A DNA stretch of 64,000 nt from Eledone cirrhosa (Eukaryota), in assembly GCA_964016885.1 (NCBI GenBank), contig OZ024750.1, positions 53,878,001 to 53,942,000 of the forward strand, read 5' to 3'. Every line of letters starts with the position of its first letter. The first letter of the stretch is position 1. A program made the position numbers and the translations under genes. This document shows positions 27,341 through 41,413 of the stretch, piece after piece. The notes beneath the pieces were generated by a model, which did not search any database, was not told where the DNA came from, and saw only the letters and a program-made list of their open reading frames with translations.

Positions 27341-28257
27341 TTCACCTAATCAATAACCAACCGATCAACAATATATATATGTTACGGCCCCCATCGGTCC
27401 CCAATGACCAGGGTTTTGCACCTAGAAAGTTTCCCTCCGAGGCACAAGCTTGGGTAAGATTTGTTTGTGGAAGACCGATGTTGTGGAACACCGATGTTGT
27501 CCAAGTGAAAGGCTGAGGCCAATACAGCTTGGAACTGGAGCAATGTCAAATAAAGTGAATTAAATTAACCAGACAAAAACGTTTTGTTATTTAAATCCAA
27601 CATTATTTGAAATAATGATTTCAGTACACTATAATACTGACTATTTTAACTCTGTGCCCCCAGGTGGTGATAAACTCTATGACTCTAATATTGCAAATTT
27701 TCACAACAATCTGTCCACTAGAAATGAAACTATAAACATATGAATTAACAAACCACATGAAACCACATTAGCAAGACATTCAAAGTATAAAACAACTCTG
27801 ACTGCATTAAAAATATGTATTTACTCTAATACTACAAATTTTCACAAGTAAAGATTTTAAAACATTTTAATTAAACTTGTTTTTCAATATTTTAATTTTC
27901 GACACTACAGAATGTTAAATTGCAACATGCAGCATCCTAAACAATTTGAAGTCAACATGTATCACATTACAGTTGGTGGAACATGTTGCACTGAATACTT
28001 TAGTGTGACATGTTGTGCGCTAAACACTTTGATGTGGAATACTGAACTCTTTGGTGTAACATGGTGCAGTAAATACTTTGATAAAACATGTAGTACACTG
28101 AATATGTTTTGCAACATGCTGCACCCTAAACACTTAGAGGTGAACATGTAACACACCAAGAAATTGGTAATGTTGCAACTAGTTATTTAGTTTAGGATAA
28201 CTAGGTGCTACAGGAACAATTGATGATGATGTGGCATGTCAAATATTTGATATAGCA

Positions 28258-28846
28258 TAACATGTGGCACATTGGATATCTTGGGGTGACATGTAGCTCA
28301 CTAAATCAGGTTGGGCTAACATGTGACACGTTGGATATCTTGGGGTGACATGTAGCTCACTAAATCAGTTTGAGCTAACATGTGACACATTGGATATCTT
28401 AGGGTGACATGTAGCTCACTAAATCAGGTTGGGCTAACATGTGACATTGGATATCTTGGGGTGACATGTAGCTCACTAAATCAGGTTGGGCTAACATGTG
28501 ACATTGGATATCTTGGGGTGACATGTAGCTCACTAAATCAGGTTGGGCTAACATGTGACATTGGATATCTTGGGGTGACATGTAGCTCACTAAATCAGTT
28601 TGGGCTAACATGTGACATTGGATATCTTGGGGTGACATGTAGCTCACTAAATCAGGTTGGGCTAACATGTGACATTGGATATCTTGGGGTGACATGTAGC
28701 TCACTAAATCAGTTTGAGCTAATATGTGACACATTGGATATCTTGGGGTGACATGTAGCTCACTAAATCAGTTTGGGCTAACATGTGACACATTGGATAT
28801 CTTAGGGTGACATGTAGCTCACTAAATCAGTTTGGGTTAACATGTT
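28258..28846. repeat. 57/59-bp minisatellite, ~10 copies
   Basis: Unit acatgtgacattggatatcttggggtgacatgtagctcactaaatcaggttgggcta. Confidence 0.95.
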
Positions 28847-29049
28847 GTATAATAGCCCTTTTTTTATTGTGACTAACTAAATCTCATATTGAAGTAATTT
28901 ATATTAAAGAGAATTTAACCCTATTTTCACCAAGTATTTTGTTTTATGTATTTATTGTTGATGATAATAATAATAATTTATTGGCTACAATGGGAACATG
29001 TAAAGGAAGAGGACATTGAGAAAAAGAAAACAATCAGCATAATAGTATT

Positions 29050-30548
29050 ATAATAAACAGTAAAGTTAATTTTGTTAACAGTATTATATAACAGAAATGT
29101 TAACAGTATTGTAATAAACAGCAATGTTAACTGTAATAAACAGCAATGTTAACAGTATTATAATAAACAGTAATGTTAACAGTATTATAATAAACAGCAA
29201 TGTTAACTGTAATACACAGCAATGTTAACAGTATTATAATAAACAGTAATGTTAACAGTATTATAATAAACAGCAATATTAACAGTATTATAATAAACAG
29301 CAATGTTAACTGTAATAAACAGTAATGTTAACAGTATTATAATAAACAGCAATGTTAACTGTAATAAACAGCAATGTTAACAGTATTATAATAAACAGTA
29401 ATGCCAACAGTATTATAGTAAACAGCAATGTTAACAGTATTATAATAAACAGCAATGTTAACTGTAATAAACAGTAATGTTAACAGTATTATAATAAACA
29501 GTAATGTTAACTGTAATAAACAGTAATGTTAACAGTATTATAATAAACAGTAATGTTAACAGTATTATAATAAACAGCAATGTTAACAGTATTATAATAA
29601 ACAGCAATGTTAACTGTAATAAACAGTAATGTTAACTGTAATAAACAGTAATGTTAACAGTATTATAATAAACAGCAATGTTAACTGTAATAAACAGTAA
29701 TGTTAACAGTATTATAATAAACAGCAATGTTAACTGTAATAAACAGTAATGTTAACAGTATTATAATAAACAGTAATGTTAACTGTAATAAACAGTAATT
29801 TTAACAGTATTATAATAAACAGCAATGTTAACTGTAATAAACAGTAATGTTAACAGTATTATAATAAACAGCAATGTTAACAGTATTATAATAAACAGCA
29901 ATGTTAACTGTAATAAACAGCAATGTTAACAGTATTATAATAAACAGCAATGTTAACTGTAATAAACAGCAATGTTAACAGTATTATAATAAACAGTAAT
30001 GTTAACAGTATTATAATAAACAGCAATGTTAACAGTATTATAATAAACAGCAATGTTAACAGTATTATAATAAACAGCAATGTTAACAGTATTATAATAA
30101 ACAGCAATGTTAACTGTAATAAACAGCAATGTTAACAGTATTATAATAAACAGTAATGTTAACAGTATTATAATAAACAGTAATGTTAACAGTATTATAA
30201 TAAACAGTAATGTTAACAGTATTATAATAAACAGCAATGTTAACAGTATTATAATAAACAGTAATGTTAACAGTATTATAATAAACAGCAATGTTAACAG
30301 TATTATAATAAACAGCAATGTTAACAGTATTATAATAAACAGCAATGTTAACTGTAATAAACAGCAATGTTAACAGTATTATAATAAACAGTAATGTTAA
30401 CAGTATTATAATAAACAGTAATGTTAACAGTATTATAATAAACAGCAATGTTAACAGTATTATAATAAACAGTAATGTTAACAGTATTATAATAAACAGT
30501 AATGTTAACAGTATTATAATAAACAGCAATGTTAACAGTATTATAATA
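29050..30548. repeat. 27/22-bp AT-rich minisatellite
   Basis: Units aacagYaatgttaacagtattataata and aacagYaatgttaactgtaata interspersed. Confidence 0.95.
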
Positions 30549-30729
30549 TAAGTTAATTTGGAAAAAGTTTCCCAATAGGAGAGGATGATCCCTTAGAGTA
30601 ATCCCAGGGAAAACCCTGGGATTACTCATCAAGGGCTTTAAAAGTGTCCTGTTCTGATTTCTGTCATCAAGCTTAGAAAAGGTCTGAGTCCCCTCATCAA
30701 TCTCAGTCAGCAGTACTCAAGGTAATTAA

Positions 30730-30910
30730 TTGTTTCTACTTTTGGCACAAGGCCAACAATTATCTCAGTGTATTACTGGTACTTTATTTTATCGACCCCG
30801 TAAGGATGAAAAGCAAAGTTAACCTCGGCGGGATTTGAACTTAGACCATAAAGGGCCGTAACTCTTTGCTGCAAAGCATATGGCGTCCGACTCTCTACCG
30901 ATACTGCCCC
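30730..30910 (-). mobile_element. tRNA-derived SINE, second family
   Basis: Reverse complement of 31135-31358. Confidence 0.8.
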
Positions 30911-31134
30911 TCAAGGTAAATAATGACACCTTCCTATACTACCTGATTGACTCGGTGATTAACAGGTGGCTTCCTTCAGATATGTTTTGGTGATCCTGCA
31001 GCTGTTCTTGCTTTCACTTGAAGTTGTTGGTCAGACATCTTAAGGAAGTCCATTCTCCCATGACTTCTTATTCAGCATCCTTTTATATTAACATTTCCAT
31101 ACTTCTTTCTTTTTCACATTATTAAGAGGAAATT

Positions 31135-31358
31135 GGCAGTGTCAGTAGAGGGTCGTATGCCATGCTTTGCCGCAAAGAGTTACGGCCCTTTACGATCTGA
31201 GTTCAAATCCCACCGAGGTTAACTTTGCCTTTCATCCTTACGGGGTCGATAAAATAAAGTACTAGTCACGCACTGGGGTCGATTTAATCGACCCCCCCCC
31301 CCCCCCCCCCCCCGCGCCAAAATTGCTGGCCTTGTGCCTATATGAGAAACAATTATTA
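31135..31358 (+). mobile_element. tRNA-derived SINE, second family
   Basis: tggcagtgtcagtagag head, GAGTTCAAATCCC B box, conserved body; attaagaggaaat on both sides (probable TSD). Confidence 0.8.
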
Positions 31359-33188
31359 AGAGGAAATGTGCTGCTGTCATTCTCTACAAACTTTACACCG
31401 ACACTTTTACAATCCAGAACACCTCATGCCTCTGATCCTCTTATTGTAGAATATTGGCTAATCTTTCCTTGCAAAGTGTATACTGATCTCAAGTTTTTCT
31501 TCTAACTAGTTGGTACTTTTCTCTGCTCTTTGCTGTTTTCCAAACTTTCCAGGTCTGACTCTCAGCTTTTATGGAAGATTTTGAAGAAAAACATTGTATT
31601 GTAGGGCTGAGGTGTCTATATCTGCTTGCAACTGCAAGAACACTTAAAACCCTTTGCAAAAGCATGGTACATACTACCAAGTCACACTTTATTGCAAATG
31701 ATGGCTGTAGTTATATATATTATTAAGCAGTGTTTCTCCTAGTATATATGTGTTGAGCATAACTAATTCACAGTAGTAAGAAATTATAAGACTATTCCAA
31801 TCTTCATTGGCAATACATAATTATGGCCACTTGTATACTATTATGTATTTATACTGCTATGACAAAACTGCACATAATTAAAGTGTAAAATGCCAGGTTC
31901 ATTATTCCAACTTAATTATTGGTGCTAATGAAAATAAATAAATAAGAGTTTACAACATTGGCCAGGCCACAAAACTTAAATTCTGATGATTGGAACTTTG
32001 TAGAGGAATCATCATCATTTTACGTCCGCTTTTCTCTGGTTGGACGGGTCCTATTCAGCACAGCATCTCTCCATTTGTCACGGTCCTTCGTCATCTCTTC
32101 GGTGAGGTCTGCTCTCACCACTCCCGCCCATGTTTTTTGTGGTCTACTTCTACTTAGATTCTTTCTCTTTATTTACCGAGCTTCATATATTGGTTCAGTG
32201 GAATAATAGAATGGAATTTCTATCAGTGAAGTACTTATGGTGTGAATTGCCTGTACCGTGTGTTTGTGTATCGACTGAATAAAAGAAGAAAAGAATGTCT
32301 TAATATGGTTCATAAGTTGTTTTGTTTTATGTTTTGTGTTTATTCTGAAGGTGGTATTTTCCAGTGAATGTAGTAATGTTGGTTATTAGAAGGAAGCGGC
32401 AAAGTGTATAATATATATATATTGTATATATGTATGTGTATATATATGTGTGTGTCAAAAATAGCTTTATATATATATATGTTATCTTGTGTGAAGTATA
32501 CGCAGTGTGTGTGTATATATATTATATATTTATATATACTTTATGTATAGTGTACACAGTGTGTGTATATATATTTATTTATAAACAGATGTGTATATAT
32601 ATAATCTATATGTATGTTTGGATTTACAAACAAGTAAAAAACACTCAATAGTAAAATAGAGTATAACATGTATGTTTATTATTGAGATTAGTCTGTTGAT
32701 ATTTAGAGTTTTACAATGGCTAGCTTAGTCAACAATTGAAAAACTCAAAGTAGCAACAGAGGGTAATCTCACTAATATATATATTTTCTTTATAGGTATA
32801 ATATACGTATATATTATATATATTGTGTACATATGTATAAATACTTTATATATTTTTTGCTTAATACTACATGTATATATTATATATAGTTATTATGTGT
32901 AGTCTGCTTATGCATCCATGCAATGTTATTAGAGAGTTTCTTTATATATATATATGTGTGTGTGTGTATTATATATATCTATAAATATAAAGTTGTAGTT
33001 CCTGTCTGTTTGTTTGTTCACGAACTCCTCCTATGGTGTTGGAGATAGACCCCCATAACCATATATATTCTGAAACTACATAGCCCAGGATACTTGGATA
33101 AGTATATTTCATTTTAATCAAAGGGTTCCTCGGGGCACAAAACCCTGCTGAAAAAATCTTTTATATAAAGCGGACGTAAAATGATGAA

Positions 33189-34144
<956 letters not shown>

Positions 34145-34145
34145 A

Positions 34146-34237
<92 letters not shown>

Positions 34238-34349
34238 TGTGTATATATATATATATATGTGTATATATATATATATATAGAAAAAGAGATGAAATCGAAA
34301 ATGCAACTGGAGTCTTATTTTTTTTTAAAATATATATATTTATTTGGTT

Positions 34350-34387
34350 CCTTTACCGGTTTCGCAGTTCTTCTGCTTTTCAAAAGG
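34350..34387 (-). ncRNA. Hammerhead motif, U3-A8 core variant
   Basis: CCUU-UUGAAAA-GCAG aagaa CUGC-GAAA-CCGG-UA/AAGG. Confidence 0.7.
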
Positions 34388-34848
34388 TGAGTTGAGATCG
34401 AGGGTCTTGACATACAGCGATAAGTTGTACACATCGCTTAAAAATATCCTTCTTCAGATGGGTTAAGGATGAGGAGTGAAACACTACACCGGATCTCCCT
34501 GCAACAAGTCTTAACACCCCGGCGTGCAGGCGCTGCAAAATAATACCCAGGAAACTATCCTTGCATACCAGACCCAGCCTCAAACGAATCAGACAAACAG
34601 ATGCGGCAAAAAAAAACTCTCAAAATAAGCGTTGATTACATGCGTACAGACAATGGTAAGGTTGTAACCTCATCTCGTAGCGGATAAAAAAATTTGTCCG
34701 GGAAAGACTGCCCTAACACCGGCCAGAGTTACCTCCCTTGACCTGCTGCAAAATCAAAACAAGCTATTTTTGCGAGCAATGAACCTTGCCGTGGATTTAA
34801 CCCCAAAAAGTCTTTCCGAGCAATGTAAGGAACACTTTTGATTATTTA

Positions 34849-34889
34849 TGCCCTTGAGAAGCCCAACTGGGCGAAACGTACGTAGGTGC
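34849..34889 (+). ncRNA. Hammerhead motif, U3-A8 core variant
   Basis: GCCC-UUGAGAA-GCCC aacu GGGC-GAAA-CGUACG-UA/GGUGC. Confidence 0.65.
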
Positions 34890-35060
34890 TGTTTTAAATA
34901 AACATGTTTCAACGGTCTATTCTCCGATTTCTTACTTTCCCACGTACATATATGTATATTTATATATATATATATATATATACATATATATACATATATG
35001 TATATATATATACATATATATATATGTGTATATACATACATATATATATATGTATATATA

Positions 35061-35098
<38 letters not shown>

Positions 35099-35103
<5 letters not shown>

Positions 35104-36276
35104 AGGAAAGGCGTAGGTAGAAACTCCATTTTATGTCCTAAATGCAAAGTATGGGTGCATAAAAGATGTAGTGGGATCACAGGTAAGCTAACTAAGAACA
35201 TAGATTTTACATGTGGCCGGTGTTCTGGTGCAATAAGTAGCAGCAAGTGCCCACAAAATACTAGCTCTTTCAATTGCGCAGAGGGTTCTATAGAAATAGT
35301 GCACAGCTTCCGTTACCTGGGCGATAAAATCAGCAGTGGGGGAGGGTGCTCTGAAAGTACAGTAGCTAGAGTCAGAACTGGTTGGAAAAAGTTCAGAGAG
35401 CTTATACCACTATTAGCTGCTAAAGGGTTCTCCCTAAAAATGAAAGGCAGGTTGTACGATGCCTGCATACGAACAGCAATGTTGCATGGCAGTGAGACCT
35501 GGGCATTGTGTGCAGAGGATATACGCAGACTAGAGAGGAACGAAGCTTGCATGCTCCGCTGGATGTGTAACAGTAATATACGTGAACGGCAAAGCATAAA
35601 CGAACTAAGGAAAAAATTAGAGATAAGAGGGATCAGATGTTGTTTACTCGAGAGAAGGCTACGTTGGTATGGACACGTGATGCGCATGAAAGTCGATAGC
35701 TGTATTACAAAGTGCAGGGCAATAAAGATAGACGGTAGCCACGGAATAGGCAGACCTAGAAAAACCTGGGACGAGCTGATAAACTCCGACCTCACACACT
35801 TACACCTCTCCAAGACAATGTCACTGGACCGAGACCTTTGGCGGTACTCAGTAACAGAGAAGACCCGCCTTACCTAAATATATAGTAAAACCTACTCCAG
35901 CCAGTAGGCATCTCTAACAAAATACACCCCGTCCCACCACCACCACCCCCACCCCATCCACACCACCCCGTTCTATGTAAAGTTATGTTGGTGCCGCGCC
36001 ATCCAGGCCGAAACAAATGAAATCGTGTAGGTGTCACGACAAAAAAACACACAGTCCACGCTGTAATGTGGCCGTGTAGGCAACACGGTAAAAACCTCCC
36101 AGACCCACACTGTAAATCTGGTTGGTGTTAGGAAGGGCATCTAACTGTAGAAAACCTGCCAGACAGTCCTATGCGAGCAAGACAATCACTCTTGCCTCAA
36201 GTGGGACTACCCCCGTCCAAACCCATGCAAGTGTGGAACACGGACGTTAAACGTTGATGATGATGATGATGATGAT
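35099..36276 (+). mobile_element. 5'-truncated RTE LINE (family A)
   Basis: ORF nearly identical to the C-terminal part of 10743-11888; 3' UTR and (GAT)n. Confidence 0.95.
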
Positions 36277-36478
36277 ACAATATGTTGAGAAGGTAACACA
36301 CCAGAGAGAGATATACAGTGCGTTATCAATAATACAGGGAAAAAACCACCAGTGTATGGAATCTATAACCTATGAAAGGCAGACTATGCCTGTGCCTCCG
36401 TTAATTTATCGTGATATATATATAATATAGATGAGATTCTACAGGACTAGAACTGTTTCATTCTTTAGAAATCATCAG

Positions 36479-36531
36479 GAGATTCCTGATGATTTCTAAA
36501 GAATGAAACAGTTCTAGTCCTGTAGAATCTC
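36479..36531 (+). ncRNA. Type I hammerhead ribozyme inside a fold-back element (36424-36613)
   Basis: GAGAUUC-CUGAUGA-U UUC uaaa GAA U-GAAA-CAG uucuaguc CUG-UA/GAAUCUC; 7-bp stem I. Confidence 0.8.
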
Positions 36532-37305
36532 ATCTATATTAAAACTTTTATACTCTGCAATGTATTGAGTACCTTACTTACTGTGGTTACCTCCGATTCA
36601 ACCCCGAATAACGTATATGTATATATATATGTGTGTGTGTGTATATATATATATATATACACATATATGTATATATACATATATGTATATATATGGTGGC
36701 TGCCAACTCGTTTTCGAGTACGGCCACTACTTTATATCCATGTAGGAGAACCCCTACCGATGCGCTGAACGAATGTGACTTTTTAGTCCAGCCAGCGACT
36801 TGAAAACTCTGGTACAAAGACTACACTTGTGACCATTATTGACACATAGTGCAGGGCCCATGGTACCATGTGATGACAAGTGCAGAGAGATCTCCAGATG
36901 TAAAGCAATGCCTGTGCTGTGAAGCTTTTATAGTGAGCAAAGGCACTGCACAAAGCCAGTCCCACTCTCTTAACCAAGATGATATTTACCAAAAAGAAGA
37001 ACAAGTCAACATCATTGGATACCATCAGGGTTGCAGGTGTTATATCAGAGTTTTCCTTCTCCTAGAATTCTGCCTTGACAAAGGCTAAGGGGTCATCTCT
37101 CCCGGTGATTTTGGATGGCTATTGACTCTTAAGAACTCCCTTGCCCTTTGACAGGTTTTGTTTTTAGTCCTGCAGGATGTCCAAAGTCACCCTCCTCACC
37201 AAGAAACCTTGGTGGGGTTGCCAGTTTAGTCGCCAACGACCCGACCATGAGACAGGTTGTACTGGGATACATGTTACCAGTAGCACCAACTGGTGACCTG
37301 ACATG

Positions 37306-37337
<32 letters not shown>

Positions 37338-37343
37338 TATACA

Positions 37344-37418
<75 letters not shown>

Positions 37419-37421
<3 letters not shown>

Positions 37422-39218
37422 GAGGCATTAAATTAATCGACCAGGTCATGAAGGTCACGGAAAAAGTAATAGCGCAACTAATCAGAGAGAGAATTGATCT
37501 AGATGAAATGCAGTTCGGGTTTGTGTCAGGCAAAAGTACCACAGACGCTCTTTTCATTGTACGACAACTACAGGAGAAGTACCTAGCTAAAAGTAAACCC
37601 CTATACTTAGCTTTTGTCGACTTGGAGAAAGCCTTCGACAGTCACCCGTTCCATTATCTGGTGGGCTCTTAGAAAACTAGGTGTTGACGAATGGCTTGTG
37701 AGAGCCATACAAGCCATGTATAAAGAAACAGTCAGCAAGGTTAGAATTAACAACGAATATAGTGAAGAGTTTAACATAAAAGTTGGTGTCCATCAGGGCT
37801 CTGTTCTTAGCCCCCTACTATTTATTATTGCCCTTCAGGCTATAACAGAGGAGTTCAAGACCGGCTGCCCATGGGAACTCCTATACGCAGATGATCTAAC
37901 GCTCATAGCTGAATCAATGGCCGAGCTAGAGAAGAAATTCCAAACATGGAAGCACGGCCTAGAATCAAAAGGCCTTAAAATTAACCTTGCTAAGACTAAA
38001 GTTCTAGTTTGTAGGAAAGAAAATAAGGCGCCGGTCCCCTTCGGGAAATGGCCATGCTCAGTGTGTAGGAAAGGCGTAGGTAGAAACTCCATTTTATGTC
38101 CCAAATGCAAAGTATGGGTGTATAAAAGATGTAGTGGGATCACAGGTAAGCTAACTAAGAACACAGATTTTACATGTGGCCGGTGCTCTGGTGCAATAAG
38201 TAGCAGCAAGTGCCCACAAAATACTAACTCTTTCAATTGCGCAGAGGGTTCTATAGAAATAGTGGACAGCTTCCGTTACCTGGGTGACAAAATCAGCAGT
38301 GGGGGAGGGTGCTCTGAAAGTACAGTAGCTAGAGTCAGAACTGGATGGAAAAAGTTCAGAGAGCTTATACCACTATTAGCCGCTAAAGGGTTCTCCCTAA
38401 AAATGAAAGGCAGGTTGTATGATTCCTGCATACGAACAGCAATGTTGCATGGCAGTGAGACCTGGGCATTGTGTGCAGAGGATATACACAGACTAGAGAG
38501 GAACGAAGCTTGCATGCTCCGCTGGATGTGTAATAGTAATATACATGAACGGAAAATCATAAACGAACTAAGGAAAAAATTAGAAATAAGAGGGATCAGA
38601 TGTTGTTTACTCGAGAGAAGGCTATGTTGGTATGGTCACGTGATACGCATGAAAGACGACAGCTGTATAACAAAGTGCAGGGCAATAAAGATAGATGCTA
38701 GCCACGGAGTAGGCAGACCCAGGAAAACCTGGGACGAGCTGATAAATTCCGACCTCACACACTTACACCTCTCCAAGACAAGGTCACTGGACCGAGACCT
38801 TTGGCGGTACTCAGTAACAGAGAAGACCCGCCTTACCTAAATACAAAATAAAACCTACTAGTCAGTAGGCATCTCTAACAAAATACACCCCCGTCCCACC
38901 CCATCCTCACCGCCCCCTTCAATGCAAAGTTATGTTGGTGCCACAACATCCAGGCCGAAACAAACGAGATCGTGTAGGTGTCACGACAAAAAAACACACA
39001 GTCCACGCTGTAATGTGACCGTGTAGGCAACACGGTAAAAACCTCCCAGTCCCACACTGTAAATGTGGTTGGTGTTAGGAAGGGCATCCAACTGTAGAAA
39101 ACCCGCCAGACAGTCCTATGCGAGTAAGACAACCACTCTTGCCTCAAGTGGGAAAACCCCCGTCCAAACCCATGCAAGCGTGGAACAGGGACGTTAAACG
39201 ATGATGATGATGATGATG
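37419..39218 (+). mobile_element. 5'-truncated RTE LINE (family A), one frameshift
   Basis: [35 protein letters not shown]; (GAT)n tail; (TA)n flanks. Confidence 0.95.
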
Positions 39219-39359
39219 ACATATATGTATATATACATATATGTATATATATATATATACACATATATGTATATATACATATATGTATATATATATATAT
39301 ACACACACACATATATATATATATATTTAATATATATTAAACAATACAATATAATTACC

Positions 39360-39423
39360 TCATTACCAGAGGTTTCCCGAATAAGACGGATACAAGAAAC
39401 TTCCGCATTCGTTCGTCAGACAA
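39360..39423 (-). ncRNA. Hammerhead motif (weak stem I)
   Basis: UUGU-CUGACGA-CGAAU/GCGGA...UCCGU/AUUCG-GAAA-CC ucu GG-UA/AUGA. Confidence 0.55.
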
Positions 39424-39553
39424 TTTAAACATAGTGAAATATTTGAAAAATCTCAAGAAAGGCTAAGAAAGTTTAACGGGCAAAAAATAAATAAAAGTAA
39501 TAATACATAGAGTACTCTTCATTCCTCTGACTTTTTCAATGGAAACTTCAACA

Positions 39554-39615
<62 letters not shown>

Positions 39616-39658
39616 GAGAGTAAAACAAAGAATCCTTTAATACATCAAAAGTTTTTAT

Positions 39659-39700
39659 TAGCCAACAATGTTTCGTCCTATTAAGGACTCATCAGGGCAA
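39659..39700 (-). ncRNA. Minimal type I hammerhead ribozyme, canonical core
   Basis: GCC-CUGAUGA-GUCCU uaau AGGAC-GAAA-CAUUG-UU/GGC. Confidence 0.85.
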
Positions 39701-39891
39701 TCAAAACAACAAGAAGTAATATCGGCAGATACAAGCCGGAAGCTCCGAAGAATATGGAGTGTACATACACTAAAGTCTTGCAAAAATATATAATAAAAAT
39801 AAAAATAAAAATAATAAAAATATATAAGAATAACTAAGGATGAGTATATATATATATAACTAAGGATGAGTATATATATATATATATATAT

Positions 39892-40001
39892 ATAGGAACC
39901 AGTAAGGGGTCTTACTGGTTCCTATTACCCACTCTACTACCTCAAGTATTGAGTACTTTGGTGCGTTATGGTCCACCTGGTTCCTTACCACATTTCCTTC
40001 G

Positions 40002-40003
<2 letters not shown>
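39892..40003 (+). mobile_element. Short PLE 3' end with small 5' hairpin, family P1
   Basis: taggaaccagtaag...cttactggttccta hairpin, then the same terminus as 3871; (TA)n flanks. Confidence 0.75.
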
Positions 40004-40063
<60 letters not shown>

Positions 40064-40166
40064 TCATATTTACATATATCATGATGATGATGATGATATA
40101 TGTATATATATATATGTATATATATTTACAGTTGAAAATTGCAAACTTGACTGTCACCACACATTA

Positions 40167-40205
40167 TGAACCTGAAGATTGCGAAAGCATGAAAGTACTT
40201 GTTCA
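40167..40205 (+). ncRNA. Minimal hammerhead in a ~225-bp element (40128-40353)
   Basis: UGAAC-CUGAAGA-U UGC gaaa GCA U-GAAA-GUAC-UU/GUUCA; second copy at 50721-50759. Confidence 0.8.
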
Positions 40206-40467
40206 ATTAACACTTAACATTTAATACTCTACCATACTATTTCATTATAATACCATTATAAATTTTAAAGGATTGTAAATAAAACAAGTAAATCAGACAA
40301 AGTTGGAATTCCTTTTATTAATATAATCCTTTATACACAATCATACACACCCATGTATATTTATTTATATATATATATATATGCATATATAAATATATAT
40401 ATATGCATATATATATATATGCATATATATATATATGCATATATATATATGCATATATATATATATA

Positions 40468-41271
40468 TGAATATTATGGTTGTCTTGAAGGTGATCCTTT
40501 GCTCTTTTAACCAAGGTTCAAGGTGCTCCCTCAGAAAGGCTATGTAAGCATCCACAGTCATTTTAACACCGCCAGGCACTTTGTAAGGACCAACCATTAT
40601 ACCTCCAATAATACCTGCCATGATGCGTCCTCATCTTTTTTGGCGTCTCAAGCATTGACGATCTTGTCCATTTACAACACATCCCTTGTTCCAACCATAA
40701 AGTCCATCAAGAGTAACATGAGTTTCGTCCGTAAACAAAACTTTTGAAAAGTCGACCTTCATGTTATCTTCTGTCCATTTCAGACAATTTTGTGTATATT
40801 TTGTTTAACGGAGGCCTTTCAACTGATGTCAATGGTTTCAGAAGACGACATCAGGTAGTTGTTTCTCCAATGCACTTGAAAAGTTCTCCACTTGTAAGAC
40901 ATGGGTTCTTTACAGCTTCACGTATCTTTATAGGAGCTGTAACAAAATTTTCCACAGTTTAGTGATATCTTCCAATTATTTTAGTTATTTCTGTTGCAAG
41001 TTCAGCAGTAATAACAGATTTCTCTGAAGCAGTTAAATCACATTTACAACTGTTATCAGACAATTATCAGACACTCATTTGGAATGCTGAAAGTTCATGG
41101 AAATCATGCAAATGGCCACAGTTTGTTTAAACTTGCACAAAACCTCACATATTTTACACATCACATGCATATAACTGTTGCCATCATTCTGTGGAAATGT
41201 TGTTGAATTCCAACAAGTAGTTTTTAAGTGAAATAAAAAAGTTTTACGTTAATAATTTGAAACATTGTGTA
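40468..41271 (-). mobile_element. Tc1/mariner transposase pseudogene, 5' part
   Basis: Minus strand VLFTDETHVTLDG and AGIIGGIMVGPYKVPGGVKMT..YIAFL..HLEPW..IIF (cut before the expected QDNA motif); TIR-like end tacacaatgtttcaaattatt. Confidence 0.75.
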
Positions 41272-41413
41272 AATATATATATATATTGTTATATTTGGGG
41301 AGGGTGATGTTGTTCTAATTTTGCCAAATAATAGTAAAACACTGTTTGGTCGCAGTATAAAAACATAAGGAATTTAGATAATAATTTTTTTCGATGGGGG
41401 GAGGGGGTTATCT

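Noticed and set aside
29904-30632. Repetitive ORFs (LLFIIILLT)n / (NSNVNSIII)n, and those at 28399-28751
   Set aside because: By-products of 27-bp and 57-bp unit lengths; no splice or coding evidence
30555-31700. Possible exons or transposase relic around two SINEs
   Set aside because: No sustained reading frame or recognisable motif
36283-36398. UUGAGAA...GAAA-GGCA..UGCC-UG as a U3-A8 HHR
   Set aside because: Stem I and II pairing unconvincing and the cleavage nucleotide is G
36694-37302. GC-richer island, possibly the 5' region of another LINE
   Set aside because: No protein motif recognised; cannot be classified without a database search
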